DNA from: Phoronis australis
Taxonomy: Eukaryota > Animalia > Phoronida
Direction of reading: 5' to 3'
Assembly: GCA_002633005.1 (NCBI GenBank)
Contig: NMRA01000480.1
Span: 126,941-190,940 of the forward strand
DNA: 64,000 nt
The position numbers were made by a program, and so were the translations under genes. The notes beneath the pieces were generated by a model that saw only the letters and a list, made by a program, of their open reading frames with translations, did not search any database and was not told the origin of the DNA. This document shows, piece by piece, positions 51,501 to 60,677 of this stretch (positions are counted from its first letter, which is position 1; each line of letters opens with the position of its first letter).

Positions 51501-54500
51501 AATTCACCTTGAAATCCCGAAACCCGTAGTGGCTGCCATTTTGAATATAGACTCGGGTCTATCTTGCACAAAGATTGAAAATTTAATAGCAACACAATGT
51601 TGTTAGTATTTGTTACCATGTTATATGGATTTTGTATTCAGTGTGTAATGTTTTAAATTCAGTTAAAAATATATTCCGATATAGGCCGCCCGTGTCAGAA
51701 TTTCATTACGGGAACGGCCCAACAAATCAGAATTCCCGATACGCCAGGCCGGAACAGTAACACGAAACATCGAAGTGTGCACTGCAGATCTTGTACCCAG
51801 CCAGCTAGCTGTTTGAAGACTGTCGCCAAAATACAGCTATATACCACTGTGTGTTGAGCTCCGTTAGACCATAGATTATAGACAGATTCGCAACTCCGAC
51901 ATTTTCTTGCGTATTCTCCTAGAGGAGGCACCACCCTCTAAACATAGCTAGCTCAGCTTTCAGTTAGTGTATTGTGACGGGAAATTTTTGTCCAGTACTA
52001 CGAACAAAAATAATTTCGGCATTGAAACGCTGTGTGAAGTCTTCCAGTAGTAGAAATCTTGGTAGTTTGTGCGTACTTTTGGCAATGCTACTGGTCATGC
52101 ACCCGACTACACAACAGCCGACCATAGACCTAATTCATGCTGCAGACATTAAAATCCAAAGCGAGGCTCACTGCGATAAACAAAGCTGAAGTTGACATTG
52201 TGTGAGTTAAATGGCGGGTCTTTCGAGTCCAACCTGGATATTAAATCTTAAAAATGTGTCGATAATTAACCTCAGAGACGTAGAAAAATACAAGTCAAAA
52301 AGTTGTCTGACGAAAGGGTACAAGTTTTTTTCGGAAAATTAGGTTCGAAACATGAAAAGTAGATATGACCAAACTACGGCGCTCGTAGTGTTACGGATTA
52401 GGTATTATGCTGAATGCAGAGTTGCATTTCTTGTAAATTGTTGATAAAAATGCTTTATACAAGTCATCTGCTTGTATTGTTGACGAGTTGAAGATATATT
52501 TGACAGTGGTGGTTTATAGCATTTTGCTGTCATGTGAAATTAGTCACATCTAGTTTAATTTGTTGATCAAGAATATTAACAACAAGCATAGCCTAGGTCC
52601 TGGTGAGGTAGAGACTACCGGGACTAACAGTTGATTTGCCATTCATCTGAAAGAATAATTGATGTTATTAAATACATTTTTATTAAGATAAAAAAACCAG
52701 GTTCGTAAATAAAAATTTATTTGACCATTTCTTGAATTAAAAAAAAATTGAAAACAAGCACAGCCCGAGCAATCGCTTTCGCATTATATGCAGGTTCTCA
52801 TTCACTCCCTTGCACACATTTATAAGTAATTATTTGACCATCAATTCTGCTATCCTGGTTTTAATAATTCTGATGTCTATTTCATATGTTAGGTTTCAAC
52901 TATCAATCTGGACCAGTGAATTTTAAAATTAAAGCACCTAATTCGTCCAAAGCATAACCTCATTTTAGAAATCAATTTCAGTTAACTGGACAGAGTAAGA
53001 AAAGTTATGTTTCTTCAGGGGCCTCTTTCATGAGGGGAAAGGTGCCTGTGCCTTCTGAGAGGGGATTTTTTTCGCCAAGTGCGGGGCAAAATCTACCTCC
53101 CAATCAGCACCCCCCATCTAGTCCTGTTGCATGCTCTCACAGGCTCTGTCTCAAGTAACATTTTGTGCTCTTTCAAATTGCCACCTGTGTGGTTACAGGT
53201 GATTTTAACTTCGGAGAGAAGTTTTCAATCACTAGGGGAGTTATTAGGCCTCAGGGAGGGAATTTTGGGGATTTTTAAATATTTTTGAGAGGCCCAGTGC
53301 CAATATCCGGTCCCAAAATCGAGGAATTGAGGGTCCTGTCCTTTTTGAGAAGAAAAATGCATCATGTTTGAACCTGTAGTCATGAACACAGCATGGCTGG
53401 CCGAAGATTCTCCGGTCGTTGCTATGATGCTCGGCAACCGAGATGCGACAAAATATGATCTAATTTTTCGAAATCATTTATAAATTTTACACGGCCATAT
53501 TTTCCTTCGTCGCAGCGTATGACAGGGACCGAACGTACGCTTCTGAATCTCAACGTCCTTAGGGATTGTAAAACAGGCAGTTCTGTTGAGTGTCCGTATT
53601 TTTTCTAGCCGGAATACAACCAGTATGCTGATAAGCCATCGAAGCTATCGTAGCAAGTCTCGTTTTGGAACGCGCCTACTGTCGGCGGGAATTAGGTCTA
53701 TGATTAGCAGAAGATGTACTTGCCGGAAGTAAAACGTGCTATGTCTGCCAGGTGTCGCTAGTGAATTGTGGCGTGACACCTTATGCATAAGATCACAGAT
53801 TTTGTTTATTGAAAATATACATGTACTAAAGTGTCATATAGCCCAGGTGTGAATTGTGCTACTCAACACGTTGTGAAACTTATATCGCAGAAGCCCAGGT
53901 ATGAGTTGTGCTACTCAACACGTTGTGAAACTTATATCGCAGAACTGAACTGATAATGATCTAAAAACATTACAAAACTTAATGTTCAAGTCATTTTTAG
54001 AGCAATGTGATCCACTGGATTGGGGACTAAACAGTTCTTTTAACAATTTTTTTCAAATATACAATTGTTTTTGAAACGTTCAATCAACACTACATTAAGT
54101 CAGTCATTTTGCAGATTATTGAGTCGTAATTTTTTCTCAAAACTACATTTTCTTGGCAGGGTGTATGCTAGTAAAATGTTGATACACGAGTTTATGAAGC
54201 GTTTTCCACTCAAATTTGGAAATTAAGGGCTTATACAGGAGTTATATCGGTAGATGTACCAAGGCTTATGCAGAAGGTAGGTTCAGTAGATGCTCACAGG
54301 CTTATACAGAAAGTAGATTCTGAGTAGGTGCTCCAACCATACTGAGGCTGTGTTTGTCCAGGAGAGCATTCCACAAGATTTTTTTCAAAATCATGCGCGT
54401 GAAAAGCGATAGTTTTACTCCACTAGCATGCTTGGGAGCTTACTAGCGTGTCTAGCAAAGTGATAGCCACTGCATTGATTGGTCATCAAGATTGAATTCA

Positions 54501-57500
54501 ATGTTTCTATTCCATAGGTAAAGATTTGTGTGCCAGGAGTGCAAGCTAATGGCTCTGGAGTAAAATATAAGGTTGCTGGAAGCCAAGCTATTTAAAAACA
54601 TACATGTTTACATTGTACCTATATTATCCGACTCCTGCTAGCATGTAGTTTGTTATTACTATTACAGACGATATTTATTATGAGCGGCGTAACCTATTCG
54701 GAACTAACGTACAATCGCGACTATGAATACCCCAAATGGGCCATCATGATTGGCTGGTCGATGGCCATGGCATCTGTCATCTTCATACCAATCATTATGA
54801 TTATGAGACTGGGAAGAGCATCTGGATCTCTACGTGAGGTAAGTCAGTTTCACAGTTTCTGCATCTTTCCTGTGTCACTTTATTCTATGTGATCGCCTTT
54901 GGTTAGTCCTTGGAAGACATTGCTTGTTGCTTTTTGGAAACTATGTTTCATTTAATATATAGTTGTCTTAGTTTGGAATGAACTGTGTCAATTATTAAAC
55001 AAGAGATTTGTGTGATTTTTTATTTTAAAAAAAGAAACATGCTTTAGCTAAGAGCATGGTCCTCAACAGGTTCTCATTCACTCCCTTGTGCACATTCACA
55101 AGTAAGACCGAGCTCCGAGGAATAGCAGACATGTCTGCAATGCTCGAATGTCAGCCAGTGAAGTCAGGATTTGAACCCAGGTCTGTCATGTGGGAGTCAG
55201 TAGCTCTAACCACTGTGCCACACTGTCTCCTTTCCTGTGGAACAATGTTTTTTGTCTATCTTTATTTGCACTCATTTTCATTTTACAGGTTACTTCATGA
55301 TTAGTTGTTTCCATTCGACTTATAAACATTTTAGTGTGGCGTCTACACAAAAAACTGCTCTGTATATGGAGTTCAGACGAGTCCGGGGCTTGCTGCTAGC
55401 ATACACTTTTGACGTCACCAAAAGACGTTTTTGATTACGGCAAAAATTCCCTAAATCCAAGCCCAAACTGAATTTTTTTTATTCTGAAATTTGGGACATG
55501 GTCGAATTTGGCGTTCACCATATTTCTCAAATTTCGAACGCATCGATTTTAGCGGCATTGGCCGTATTTCTCACATTTTGGACAGTTTGCCTTTTCGCTT
55601 GATCAGTGATTATTTACATATCGTTTACAGCTGTCACCGGTGTAATGTATTGACTGGTGTCGCAGTCTATAGTTATCAATGTGGATGATTTGTGTATATC
55701 GCACACGTTTTTGTGGCAGTTGTAATCACAGACTCAAAATATTTGCTACATTTGATGACAGTTTCACTATGCAAATGAAATGTATGTTCTCCGACTTACG
55801 CTTAATCGCCACAGTGTCACGCTTTGTATTTGGATTAACAGCTAATTAATAAGCACCAGCGATGAGACCGTTATGCTACCAAGTCGAATCTCAGGTTCAT
55901 GGCTTCAATTTTTTCTGTGAACCTGCGGCCCACTTACCTTCCTCTCGGTGCCCCGAATTGGCAAAACGACACTGTTCAGTGTCAAGTTAGAACAGACTTT
56001 GTGAAAAGCAAAAATCCATGTCCTTGTTTGTCGTGTAGGACCGTATTCGCCCCAGTGAGTGCCCATACCCCTACAAGCGCTCCCACGCATTTTGAGACTT
56101 CGTACCTTTTCCCATCAGAACGTATGACGAAACAACCAATAACCGATGTGCCACTAAAATGCAACCAAGCACAATAAAAATATTCAAAGAATTCACATTA
56201 CTGTACAAATACACACACTGGCATTTAACTTTGAAACGTGCAGTTTAACAAATGCAAAAGCTGAGCTTATAAAAACATCACAATTTTTGTACACTTTTGA
56301 TGGAAGGGAAGGGGTCAGTAGAAGCTTACAGTTTGTGGTGAAAATAGTAATAATTGGGACTGGTGCCTACTGAATATTGCAATGTATTATTTGTCATGAA
56401 TACTGTGGTATCAGTCATTCTCACATCTAGTGTTGACAATCTTGTATGCAGTATTCTGTACAATCTTCACCAATAACAGACAGTGGATTAAACCTTTATC
56501 ATAAGCTTTTACTCTGTACTTGAAGGCAACCAATTCAAAATACTTTGTGTCAGATTTTCAATGCTACATTTGTCATATGTGAATGTGCTGCACTATTTTC
56601 AACAATATTTTGTCCAGCTCAGGATTTAAAGTTATCAAAGTCATCACCGCGTCACCACCCAACTTGACTGGAGACTTGACTCAAAAATTGACCAATCAAT
56701 TTGGAATTTGAAAGTTAGTACGTGAAGCGTGCTACACAATTGGTCAATTTTCAGATGGAATCTATGGTGAAGTTTGGTGGTCATGGCAACAATGGTTTTA
56801 TGTTGCCAGTGCTCTGTGGTAAATGTCCTAAATCTTCTGCGTGTTTGTGTCTTTGTTTACCTGCAAAAGCTATGTTGTTTCTATCATTTTATCTTTATTA
56901 CAATATGATCTCTTTGAATTGGCCTGGCTTGCATAAAATGTCAAAACTTGTTCGCTGGATAAATTTCATTGCTGCACGAGGTCAAAAGCAACATGACGTG
57001 ATACTTTGTTGTGATTGTTATTATCCAGCATATAACTTTTATGCAGTTGGGTTCAGAAGTGTTGAACTCCGCATACCCAGATGTTGCAGTTGAAAGCTCC
57101 CTCACTGACTTTTTACCTGCATGGGATCGAGATGGTCAAACTTTAGACTATGCTCCAAAATTGACCAGTCATGTCTCATGTAATTCGAATATTAACTCGA
57201 AACAAGTTGTTGATTTTTTAAGCCAGTCTTGCATAGACTTGGGCGGTGTCAGGCCGGAGTTGTTCAAACTTGCGTGAGGAGAGCTTGAACATTCACACCA
57301 ACTTGAACTTGTCTTTTTCCAGAGGTTTCAAAACTTGATTCGTCCCCGATTACATCCTCATCAGTTGCGACCCCAAGACGACCTTGCTGACCTTGACAGT
57401 CAGACGTCTGCCGAGTATGCTGTTCCAGCAGATACAAAACAGGCGGAGACTTCACAGCAGGTGCTGAAACGGAGTTCTTCCTCCGTCATGTACGAGTCAG

Positions 57501-57508
57501 CCATTTAG
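9446..57508 (+). CDS. SLC6 Na+/Cl- dependent transporter, GABA/taurine/creatine/betaine-like subfamily; 5'-partial gene model join(9446..9578,11046..11180,14289..14392,14966..15090,23161..23273,37880..38017,43162..43261,43682..43785,54668..54838,57323..57508)
   Basis: Ten exons, each with AG/GT boundaries and matching phases, translate without stops into SLC6 motifs: [75 protein letters not shown]. Exon sizes 135/104/125/113/138 are typical of the family. TM1-TM3 exons were not found in the window. Confidence 0.95.
11046..11180 (+). CDS. SLC6 exon (TM5), 135 bp
   Basis: ttattcctag-type acceptor; [45 protein letters not shown]; gtaaat donor. Confidence 0.96.
11258..11418. repeat. 34-bp tandem repeat, ~4.5 copies
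   Basis: Unit aaaagttgatacttttgactaattgtattttggt. Confidence 0.9.
12536..13965 (-). mobile_element. Degraded Gypsy pol fragment, Gmr1-like order (integrase core, GPF motif, then RT)
   Basis: Minus strand 5' to 3': SDKGYQF...CNGLCE...[28 protein letters not shown] (rve), [21 protein letters not shown]...[26 protein letters not shown]...FVDDVLVHT (RT); several frameshifts. Confidence 0.9.
14289..14392 (+). CDS. SLC6 exon (TM6), 104 bp
   Basis: atttgcag acceptor; [34 protein letters not shown]; gtaagt donor. Confidence 0.96.
14966..15090 (+). CDS. SLC6 exon (TM7), 125 bp
   Basis: tcttccag acceptor; [41 protein letters not shown]; gtgagg donor. Confidence 0.96.
15440..17901 (+). mobile_element. 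Helentron-associated (HINE/DINE-1-like) element, outer copy, split by a nested copy
   Basis: 5' tgcgcccacat..atgtgg inverted repeat, gtctgtctg microsatellite, ~140-bp central repeats, 3' gtgggtgcat subTIR, caatgc/gcattg hairpin and ctcatgtt end. Confidence 0.75.
16571..17822 (+). mobile_element. HINE/DINE-1-like element, full-length inner copy
   Basis: Starts tttttatgcgcc, (gtcc)n microsatellite at 16620, eight central units, ends gtgggcgcatttcaacactccgcattgctcttgtt; inserted in a T-tract with no TSD. Confidence 0.8.
18051..19789 (-). mobile_element. Kolobok-like non-autonomous DNA transposon, copy 1, with THAP remnant
   Basis: TTAA/TGAA flanks, TIR aggagaatgcc...ggcattctcct (RR..YY termini); minus strand [30 protein letters not shown]. 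Confidence 0.85.
20400..20975 (+). mobile_element. 5'-truncated HINE copy
   Basis: Central repeats plus 3' end gtgggcacatttcgacgctccgtgttgctcttgtt. Confidence 0.8.
22179..22823 (+). mobile_element. Solo LTR (Gypsy-type), 645 bp
   Basis: TGTAAC...GTTACA termini, exact 4-bp TSD ATAT, TATAAA near 22633, AATAAA near 22716. Confidence 0.88.
23161..23273 (+). CDS. SLC6 exon (EL4-TM8), 113 bp
   Basis: tctttttag acceptor; [38 protein letters not shown]; gtgtgt donor. Confidence 0.96.
23350..23518. repeat. 57-bp tandem repeat x3
   Basis: Unit cctcacgttagcagtgggtgaccattgaacatactataagtgccacctatgagcatg. Confidence 0.9.
23538..23680 (+). mobile_element. 5' fragment of a related HINE
   Basis: tttttatgcgcccacataattatatgtggatgcat 5' inverted repeat followed by gaaatttggc core. 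Confidence 0.6.
24068..27067 (+). mobile_element. Full-length HINE interrupted by CCGTA element copy C
   Basis: 5' tttttatgcgcccacatgtggacgcat, gtccgtctg; 3' gtgggtgcatttcaatgctccgcgttgctcttgtt; eight central units. Confidence 0.85.
24183..25981 (+). mobile_element. Complete 1.8-kb non-autonomous TA-TSD DNA transposon, copy C
   Basis: Perfect 24-bp TIR ccgtaaacgttcgggttaacgccc; TA on both sides; the empty paralogous site (gcacatatgttcc at 16684) has a single TA. Confidence 0.93.
27407..30273 (+). mobile_element. Internally deleted Gypsy (Gmr1-like) LTR retrotransposon; LTRs 27407-28178 and 29505-30273
   Basis: TGTCA..TGACA LTRs of about 770 bp, TGGTG PBS-like start, ggcagggg PPT, 5-bp TSD tagtg/ttgtg (1 mismatch); internal protease-like VLRHTGC followed by integrase HHCC (HETILCGH...CRSCDIC) and [11 protein letters not shown]. 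Confidence 0.93.
30290..30725 (+). mobile_element. Diverged HINE-type central repeat fragment
   Basis: ctgtatcttc..gaaatttggc core and gcctcctagtggcaa motif shared with the HINE units. Confidence 0.55.
32280..33162 (-). mobile_element. Solo LTR, 883 bp
   Basis: TGTCAGAA...TTCTGACA termini with exact 5-bp TSD GTCTA; AATAAA on the minus strand near 32371. Confidence 0.88.
33181..33359. repeat. 39-bp tandem repeat, ~4.5 copies
   Basis: Unit ctccaagtagtcagtgaccgttacattcatgatgttcaa. Confidence 0.9.
33587..33833 (+). mobile_element. tRNA-derived SINE with 13-bp TSD
   Basis: A-box tggcctggttg, B-box ggttcaagtccc, ccttgagc core, 3' hairpin gtctgataca/tgtatcagac, AT-rich tail; TSD atatgtgaactga at 33574 and 33834. 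Confidence 0.9.
34052..35554 (+). mobile_element. 1.5-kb TA-TSD CCGTA-ended DNA transposon carrying a HIRAN-like ORF
   Basis: 24-bp TIR ccgtattcaccgtaataactgccc with 3 mismatches, TA flanks; internal ORF at about 35141-35428. Confidence 0.85.
35141..35428 (+). pseudogene. HIRAN-like domain coding segment (probably decayed)
   Basis: [56 protein letters not shown] resembles the invertebrate stand-alone HIRAN pattern (RGYHVY..W.P..GE.L..N..D..AV..VGH..GLEIPC). Confidence 0.7.
35600..37650 (-). mobile_element. Heavily degraded non-LTR retrotransposon ORF2 (RTE-X/CR1-group-like)
   Basis: [75 protein letters not shown]; many stops and frameshifts. Confidence 0.88.
37880..38017 (+). CDS. SLC6 exon (TM8-TM9), 138 bp
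   Basis: ttcctctcag acceptor; [46 protein letters not shown]; gtaagt donor. Confidence 0.96.
38130..38672. repeat. 26-bp minisatellite, ~21 copies
   Basis: Unit taagtggtgtactcagagtggccaa(a/g). Confidence 0.96.
39262..39550. repeat. 28-bp minisatellite, ~10 copies, alternating variants
   Basis: agcacatgggcagtattgttaac followed alternately by ctcct or cacca. Confidence 0.92.
39629..41239 (-). mobile_element. Kolobok-like non-autonomous element, copy 2
   Basis: Exact TTAA TSD, TIR aggagaatgccaccc/gggtggcattcccct; co-linear with 18051-19789; THAP remnant MLRKW..RVCGQHF. Confidence 0.88.
42001..42130. repeat. 21-bp degenerate tandem repeat (ccatgacatcgttggcatnnn), ~6 copies
   Basis: Explains the periodic ORFs at 41923-42186. 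Confidence 0.85.
42221..42386. repeat. ~40-45-bp tandem repeat x4
   Basis: Unit gttcacagtcatggcttgatgaacagtttctgcaatacttgt. Confidence 0.85.
42397..42830 (+). mobile_element. Penelope-like element 3' fragment (GIY-YIG endonuclease C-terminus plus pseudo-LTR)
   Basis: [63 protein letters not shown] (stop 42586-42588) matches the H..H..LE..I..P.LN.Q pattern; hammerhead-like motif downstream. Confidence 0.8.
42704..42750 (+). ncRNA. Minimal hammerhead-ribozyme-like motif (variant core)
   Basis: cttgagaat-gaaaca-agta-tgtttc-gaaa...gtc: perfect 6-bp stem II followed by GAAA, in the position expected for a Penelope pLTR; the core deviates from CUGANGA. Confidence 0.45.
43162..43261 (+). CDS. SLC6 exon (TM10), 100 bp
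   Basis: tttttgcag acceptor; [33 protein letters not shown]; gtaagt donor. Confidence 0.96.
43682..43785 (+). CDS. SLC6 exon (TM11), 104 bp
   Basis: cttttcag acceptor; [35 protein letters not shown]; gtatgt donor. Confidence 0.94.
45140..45252. repeat. 21-bp tandem repeat, ~5 copies
   Basis: Unit atattccgcaaaatctgcgta. Confidence 0.8.
45700..49746 (+). mobile_element. Tx1/L1-clade LINE: complete but frameshifted ORF2 (45871-49572), 3' UTR and poly(A); no ORF1
   Basis: APE: [28 protein letters not shown]; RT: [35 protein letters not shown]; zinc knuckle CPYC-X7-H-X4-C; AATAAA plus A-run ending 49746; frameshifts near 46140, 47025 and 49100; 5' boundary approximate. Confidence 0.95.
50423..50549. 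repeat. 30-bp tandem repeat x4
   Basis: Unit tttgtacagcacagctgtcagcagataaca. Confidence 0.9.
51700..51950 (-). pseudogene. Degenerate THAP-domain relic within a decayed DNA transposon
   Basis: Minus strand QWYIAV...[13 protein letters not shown], with AVP in a shifted frame; a TTAA-AGG start at 50784 may be the element end. Confidence 0.5.
54668..54838 (+). CDS. SLC6 exon (TM12), 171 bp
   Basis: attacag acceptor; [57 protein letters not shown]; gtaagt donor. Confidence 0.95.
55050..55231 (-). mobile_element. tRNA-derived SINE (3'-incomplete); related fragment at 52755-52825
   Basis: Minus strand aggagacagtgtggcacagtggttagagc...ggttcaaatcctg (A and B boxes); body caggttctcattcactcccttg shared with 52790. 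Confidence 0.8.
56041..56200 (-). mobile_element. Terminal fragment related to the 34052-35554 element
   Basis: ccgtattcgccc..gcccatacccctacaagcgc..cccacgcattttgagactt resembles the reverse complement of 35490-35554. Confidence 0.55.
57323..57508 (+). CDS. SLC6 terminal coding exon (cytoplasmic C-tail)
   Basis: tctttttccag acceptor, phase 0; [61 protein letters not shown]; the R...L..P start is typical of SLC6 last exons. Confidence 0.88.
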   Translation, partial: RFQNLIRPRLHPHQLRPQDDLADLDSQTSAEYAVPADTKQAETSQQVLKRSSSSVMYESAI

Positions 57509-58597
57509 CTTTAGTTTTACAACAGTGTCTAGTACGTAGCGTGTCCAAAGATGTCTCTGTTAACCACCAAAGTTACTGTTGCTCAAAAGTCTTCACTGCA
57601 GCTCTATTTACATGATACGTTTTTACCTAAGGACATCAGAACAGACTCTCTGTATAATTGCTCTAAGGATATTTGGATTTTGAAGCGATCAAAATTGCTC
57701 CCTCTTAGCCAAGTTACTCTCCAGAAATAACACTGATTCTTTATTTGGAAGATAACGCTAGTGTGTGGAGCTATTAGAAAACCTATGGTTTAGACAACGC
57801 GTGTATTCCACTGGAGTGCTTATAGGGGGTTGTGGAACTGCAACTATCATAAGTTCATGTGTGAATGAATTCTAGTGTATGGCAGTGTATTACAATCAGC
57901 TGCCACGTTACATTCTGTTCTGCTGTTTAGTGGCATATCTGGTCAGCGCCTATATTCCAGATGTTGTTTGTGCTTCATCATCTTCACACATGTCATATGG
58001 CTGGTCACATGGTTATGTCTCCTTCTTCGGTCATGTGACCTGTCACGTGATCTATATTTTGATGGGGCAGTACATAGTCTTGTGACTAATCTACTGCAAC
58101 ATTTATGTGTTAATATCACTAACCTGTAACAGAATGCTGTTGAGATAAGCTGAAAATTTTAATTAATTAGTTGATTAATAAAGGAATGAATTTTTATTCA
58201 TCTTTATCAATGTGCCCTACAACTTACATGTGTTCAAAGTTGTTATTGTTAGAGATAAATGGGATGTTGGAATTTAGAATTTGGTCTTTGGTATATTGTA
58301 TACCTTCACTGGTATATTGTAAACCTTCACTCTGTGCTAGACTTGGTGCTTCGTGGTCACCATGGCAACATAAATATGATAAATTAGACAAATCCTGGTT
58401 GAACTGGTTAATTTGAAGTGATTTATGATATCATGTAACTAAATTATACTTTACACCCTTATTCAATGCTGTTTTTGTTAATTGTTGTTACTGCGATTTA
58501 AGCAGTGATGCATCTGAATTTTGGCTATTATTTATGTGACAGTTTTGGCCGAGTTTGTGTTGTGTTTAGTCAGTAGCTTGGTTTGAAAGTTTGCTCC

Positions 58598-58910
58598 GTC
58601 ATATCTATAGTGCCAGACTTAGTCATATCTATAGTGCCAGACCTAGTCATATCTATAGTGCCAGACTTAGTCATATCTATAGTGCCAGACTTAGTCATAT
58701 CTATAGTGCCAGACTTAGTCATATCTATAGTGCCAGACTTAGTCATATCTATAGTGCCCGACTTAGTCATATCTATAGTGCCAGACTTAGTCATATCTAT
58801 AGTGCCAGACTTAGTCATATCTATAGTGCCAGACTTAGTCATATCTATAGTGCCAGACTTAGTCATATCTATAGTGCCAGACTTAGTCATATCTATAGTA
58901 CCAACTTAAG
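58598..58910. repeat. 24-bp minisatellite, ~13 copies, in the presumed 3' UTR
   Basis: Unit agtcatatctatagtgccagactt. Confidence 0.96.
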
Positions 58911-59396
58911 TACAGAATGATGTTTGAGCTTTGCATTCAGGTTTGAAATGTAATACAATGTTGAAATAATCCTTTACCTTTGTGCTGCTTTTTCACCAAC
59001 ACCACAACTCCTCTGTCAGTGGGAAAGTGGAACTCTTGCATTATAACAGCTCCCCTGTAGTGGGAAAGGTTAACTCCACTCCAGCGGAAGTAATCCATAG
59101 AAGTTGCAGCTTACATGCAACTCACATATTCAATTGAGGGTGAATCAACTACACCATCTGCTGTTTGATCCTATAACTAGTGGTAAGTCACTACCAGAAA
59201 GGAGATAGTGAGGAACATAAAAGGAGTTGTGATAAGATTGGAGTTTTGTCAGTGGAAAAGCATCATAGTACATTTTATTTGACATTTTTCTGTTTAACAA
59301 AAATCCCTTTCAAGTGTGCGACTAGTTGTGTTCATTGTGTGATATTATATTTGTAAGATTCCATGTGAAACATTTTTTTCATGTTGTTGACATAGT

Positions 59397-59402
59397 AATA
59401 AA
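59397..59402 (+). terminator. Candidate polyadenylation signal of the SLC6 transcript (alternative AATAAA at 58177)
   Basis: AATAAA downstream of the stop codon, just before transposon-like sequence resumes; AATAAA is common by chance in AT-rich DNA. Confidence 0.3.
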
Positions 59403-60677
59403 TTGTTTTATGACCCAGTATTTGGCTTTAATTGCGTCCAATAAGGTGTTAATCACACAACAACGTTTTCAGATGACCTTGTGACCAAAGCAAAAGACGT
59501 CTTTGAACTAGTGATTATTGAAAACAGTAGCAATGTATACTAGACAAAGGACACACAAGCGCACGCACACCACACTCGCGGCCGCGTATTTCCAGACCAA
59601 CAGAACTGGAACCCGTGCTTAAACGAGAAAACGACAGAACTAAAGAGGACCATCTATTGTTAAATTCACAGTTTTTGAAATATAGATATTTTTCCATTTG
59701 AATACACTTAAAAACGGGGAACATTTCGATTGAGGGAAAAGCGTTTCTGGTGTGACGGATGGGTAAATTAATGGCATCTGAATTGTGTAATTTGCCAAAG
59801 AAAGGCGCATAGCCAAAAGAATGAGTAGATTGTTTTAGCAAACGAGCAATGACGGTAGACTAGAAATTATGCGTCGCAATTTGTTCGGCGATTTACTGCA
59901 TCAACAAAACGGGCTTAGTGAACCGTATTGCCTTGGGTTTTTCAACAAGCCATTTTTCGCGTTACGTTGTTTTACGGAAAGAAGTTGCATTTGTCCTAAA
60001 TGAAAAGGTAAGGCCCTAAAAACGTGTTATCAAAAAACTAAGCTGTGTCAAATGGTGAAAGTGTATATATATTTCTGAAAAAAGACCAAGGAATGTAAAA
60101 GTATGTTCATGTACCATTGTTATTATTACGTTAACTTCATTTTTATGGAAGGTACATTCGTAGCAAAATAACCCCTCGGTAAATTTCAATAAAATATTTT
60201 CTAAATGAAAACTTTATCAGTTACCTCAAAAACGCTGTTGGGAATTTTCGATTAGTCTGTTCGTTCGGTTCTATGACAAATCAAATTGCAAAACGTCAGG
60301 AATTTTTGTAAAAAATAGAAGTCTTATTCGTTTTTATTACATAACGAAAAAACTATGCATTTTTATCGAAAATCCTAACACTGCTTTTAAAATTGATGAA
60401 TAAACATTAAGTTTGGAAAGTTTCAGCGAATTCCACCTAGCCGTCTTCGAGACCTCCTGTTCCTAAGTTTAAATAATGTCGATTTGCCGAAGCTGAGAAA
60501 AAGCCCATTAAACTGGGACGAGTGAAATTCTCAAAATCTTCGGTTAATTATTCAGTGAAAACTTGTTTTCGGTAAATGTAACCTATGCATGCCTTAACCC
60601 TTGTAACTGTGTTTTATTTACCTATAACTACTGTTATCTGTAGTACTTGACTACACCCGTAAAATAAAATTTTTAAA

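Noticed and set aside
53340-53760. Another Kolobok-like convergent relic (MFEP on +, FTIPKD on -)
   Set aside because: Motifs too short and no TIR pair or TTAA TSD located.
58570-58920. Repetitive proteins (MTKSGTID)n, (VISIVPDL)n
   Set aside because: By-products of a 24-bp repeat that is open in several frames on both strands.
59500-60600. TTAA-ended DNA transposon
   Set aside because: One plausible end (gcatgccttaa) but no matching opposite TIR found.
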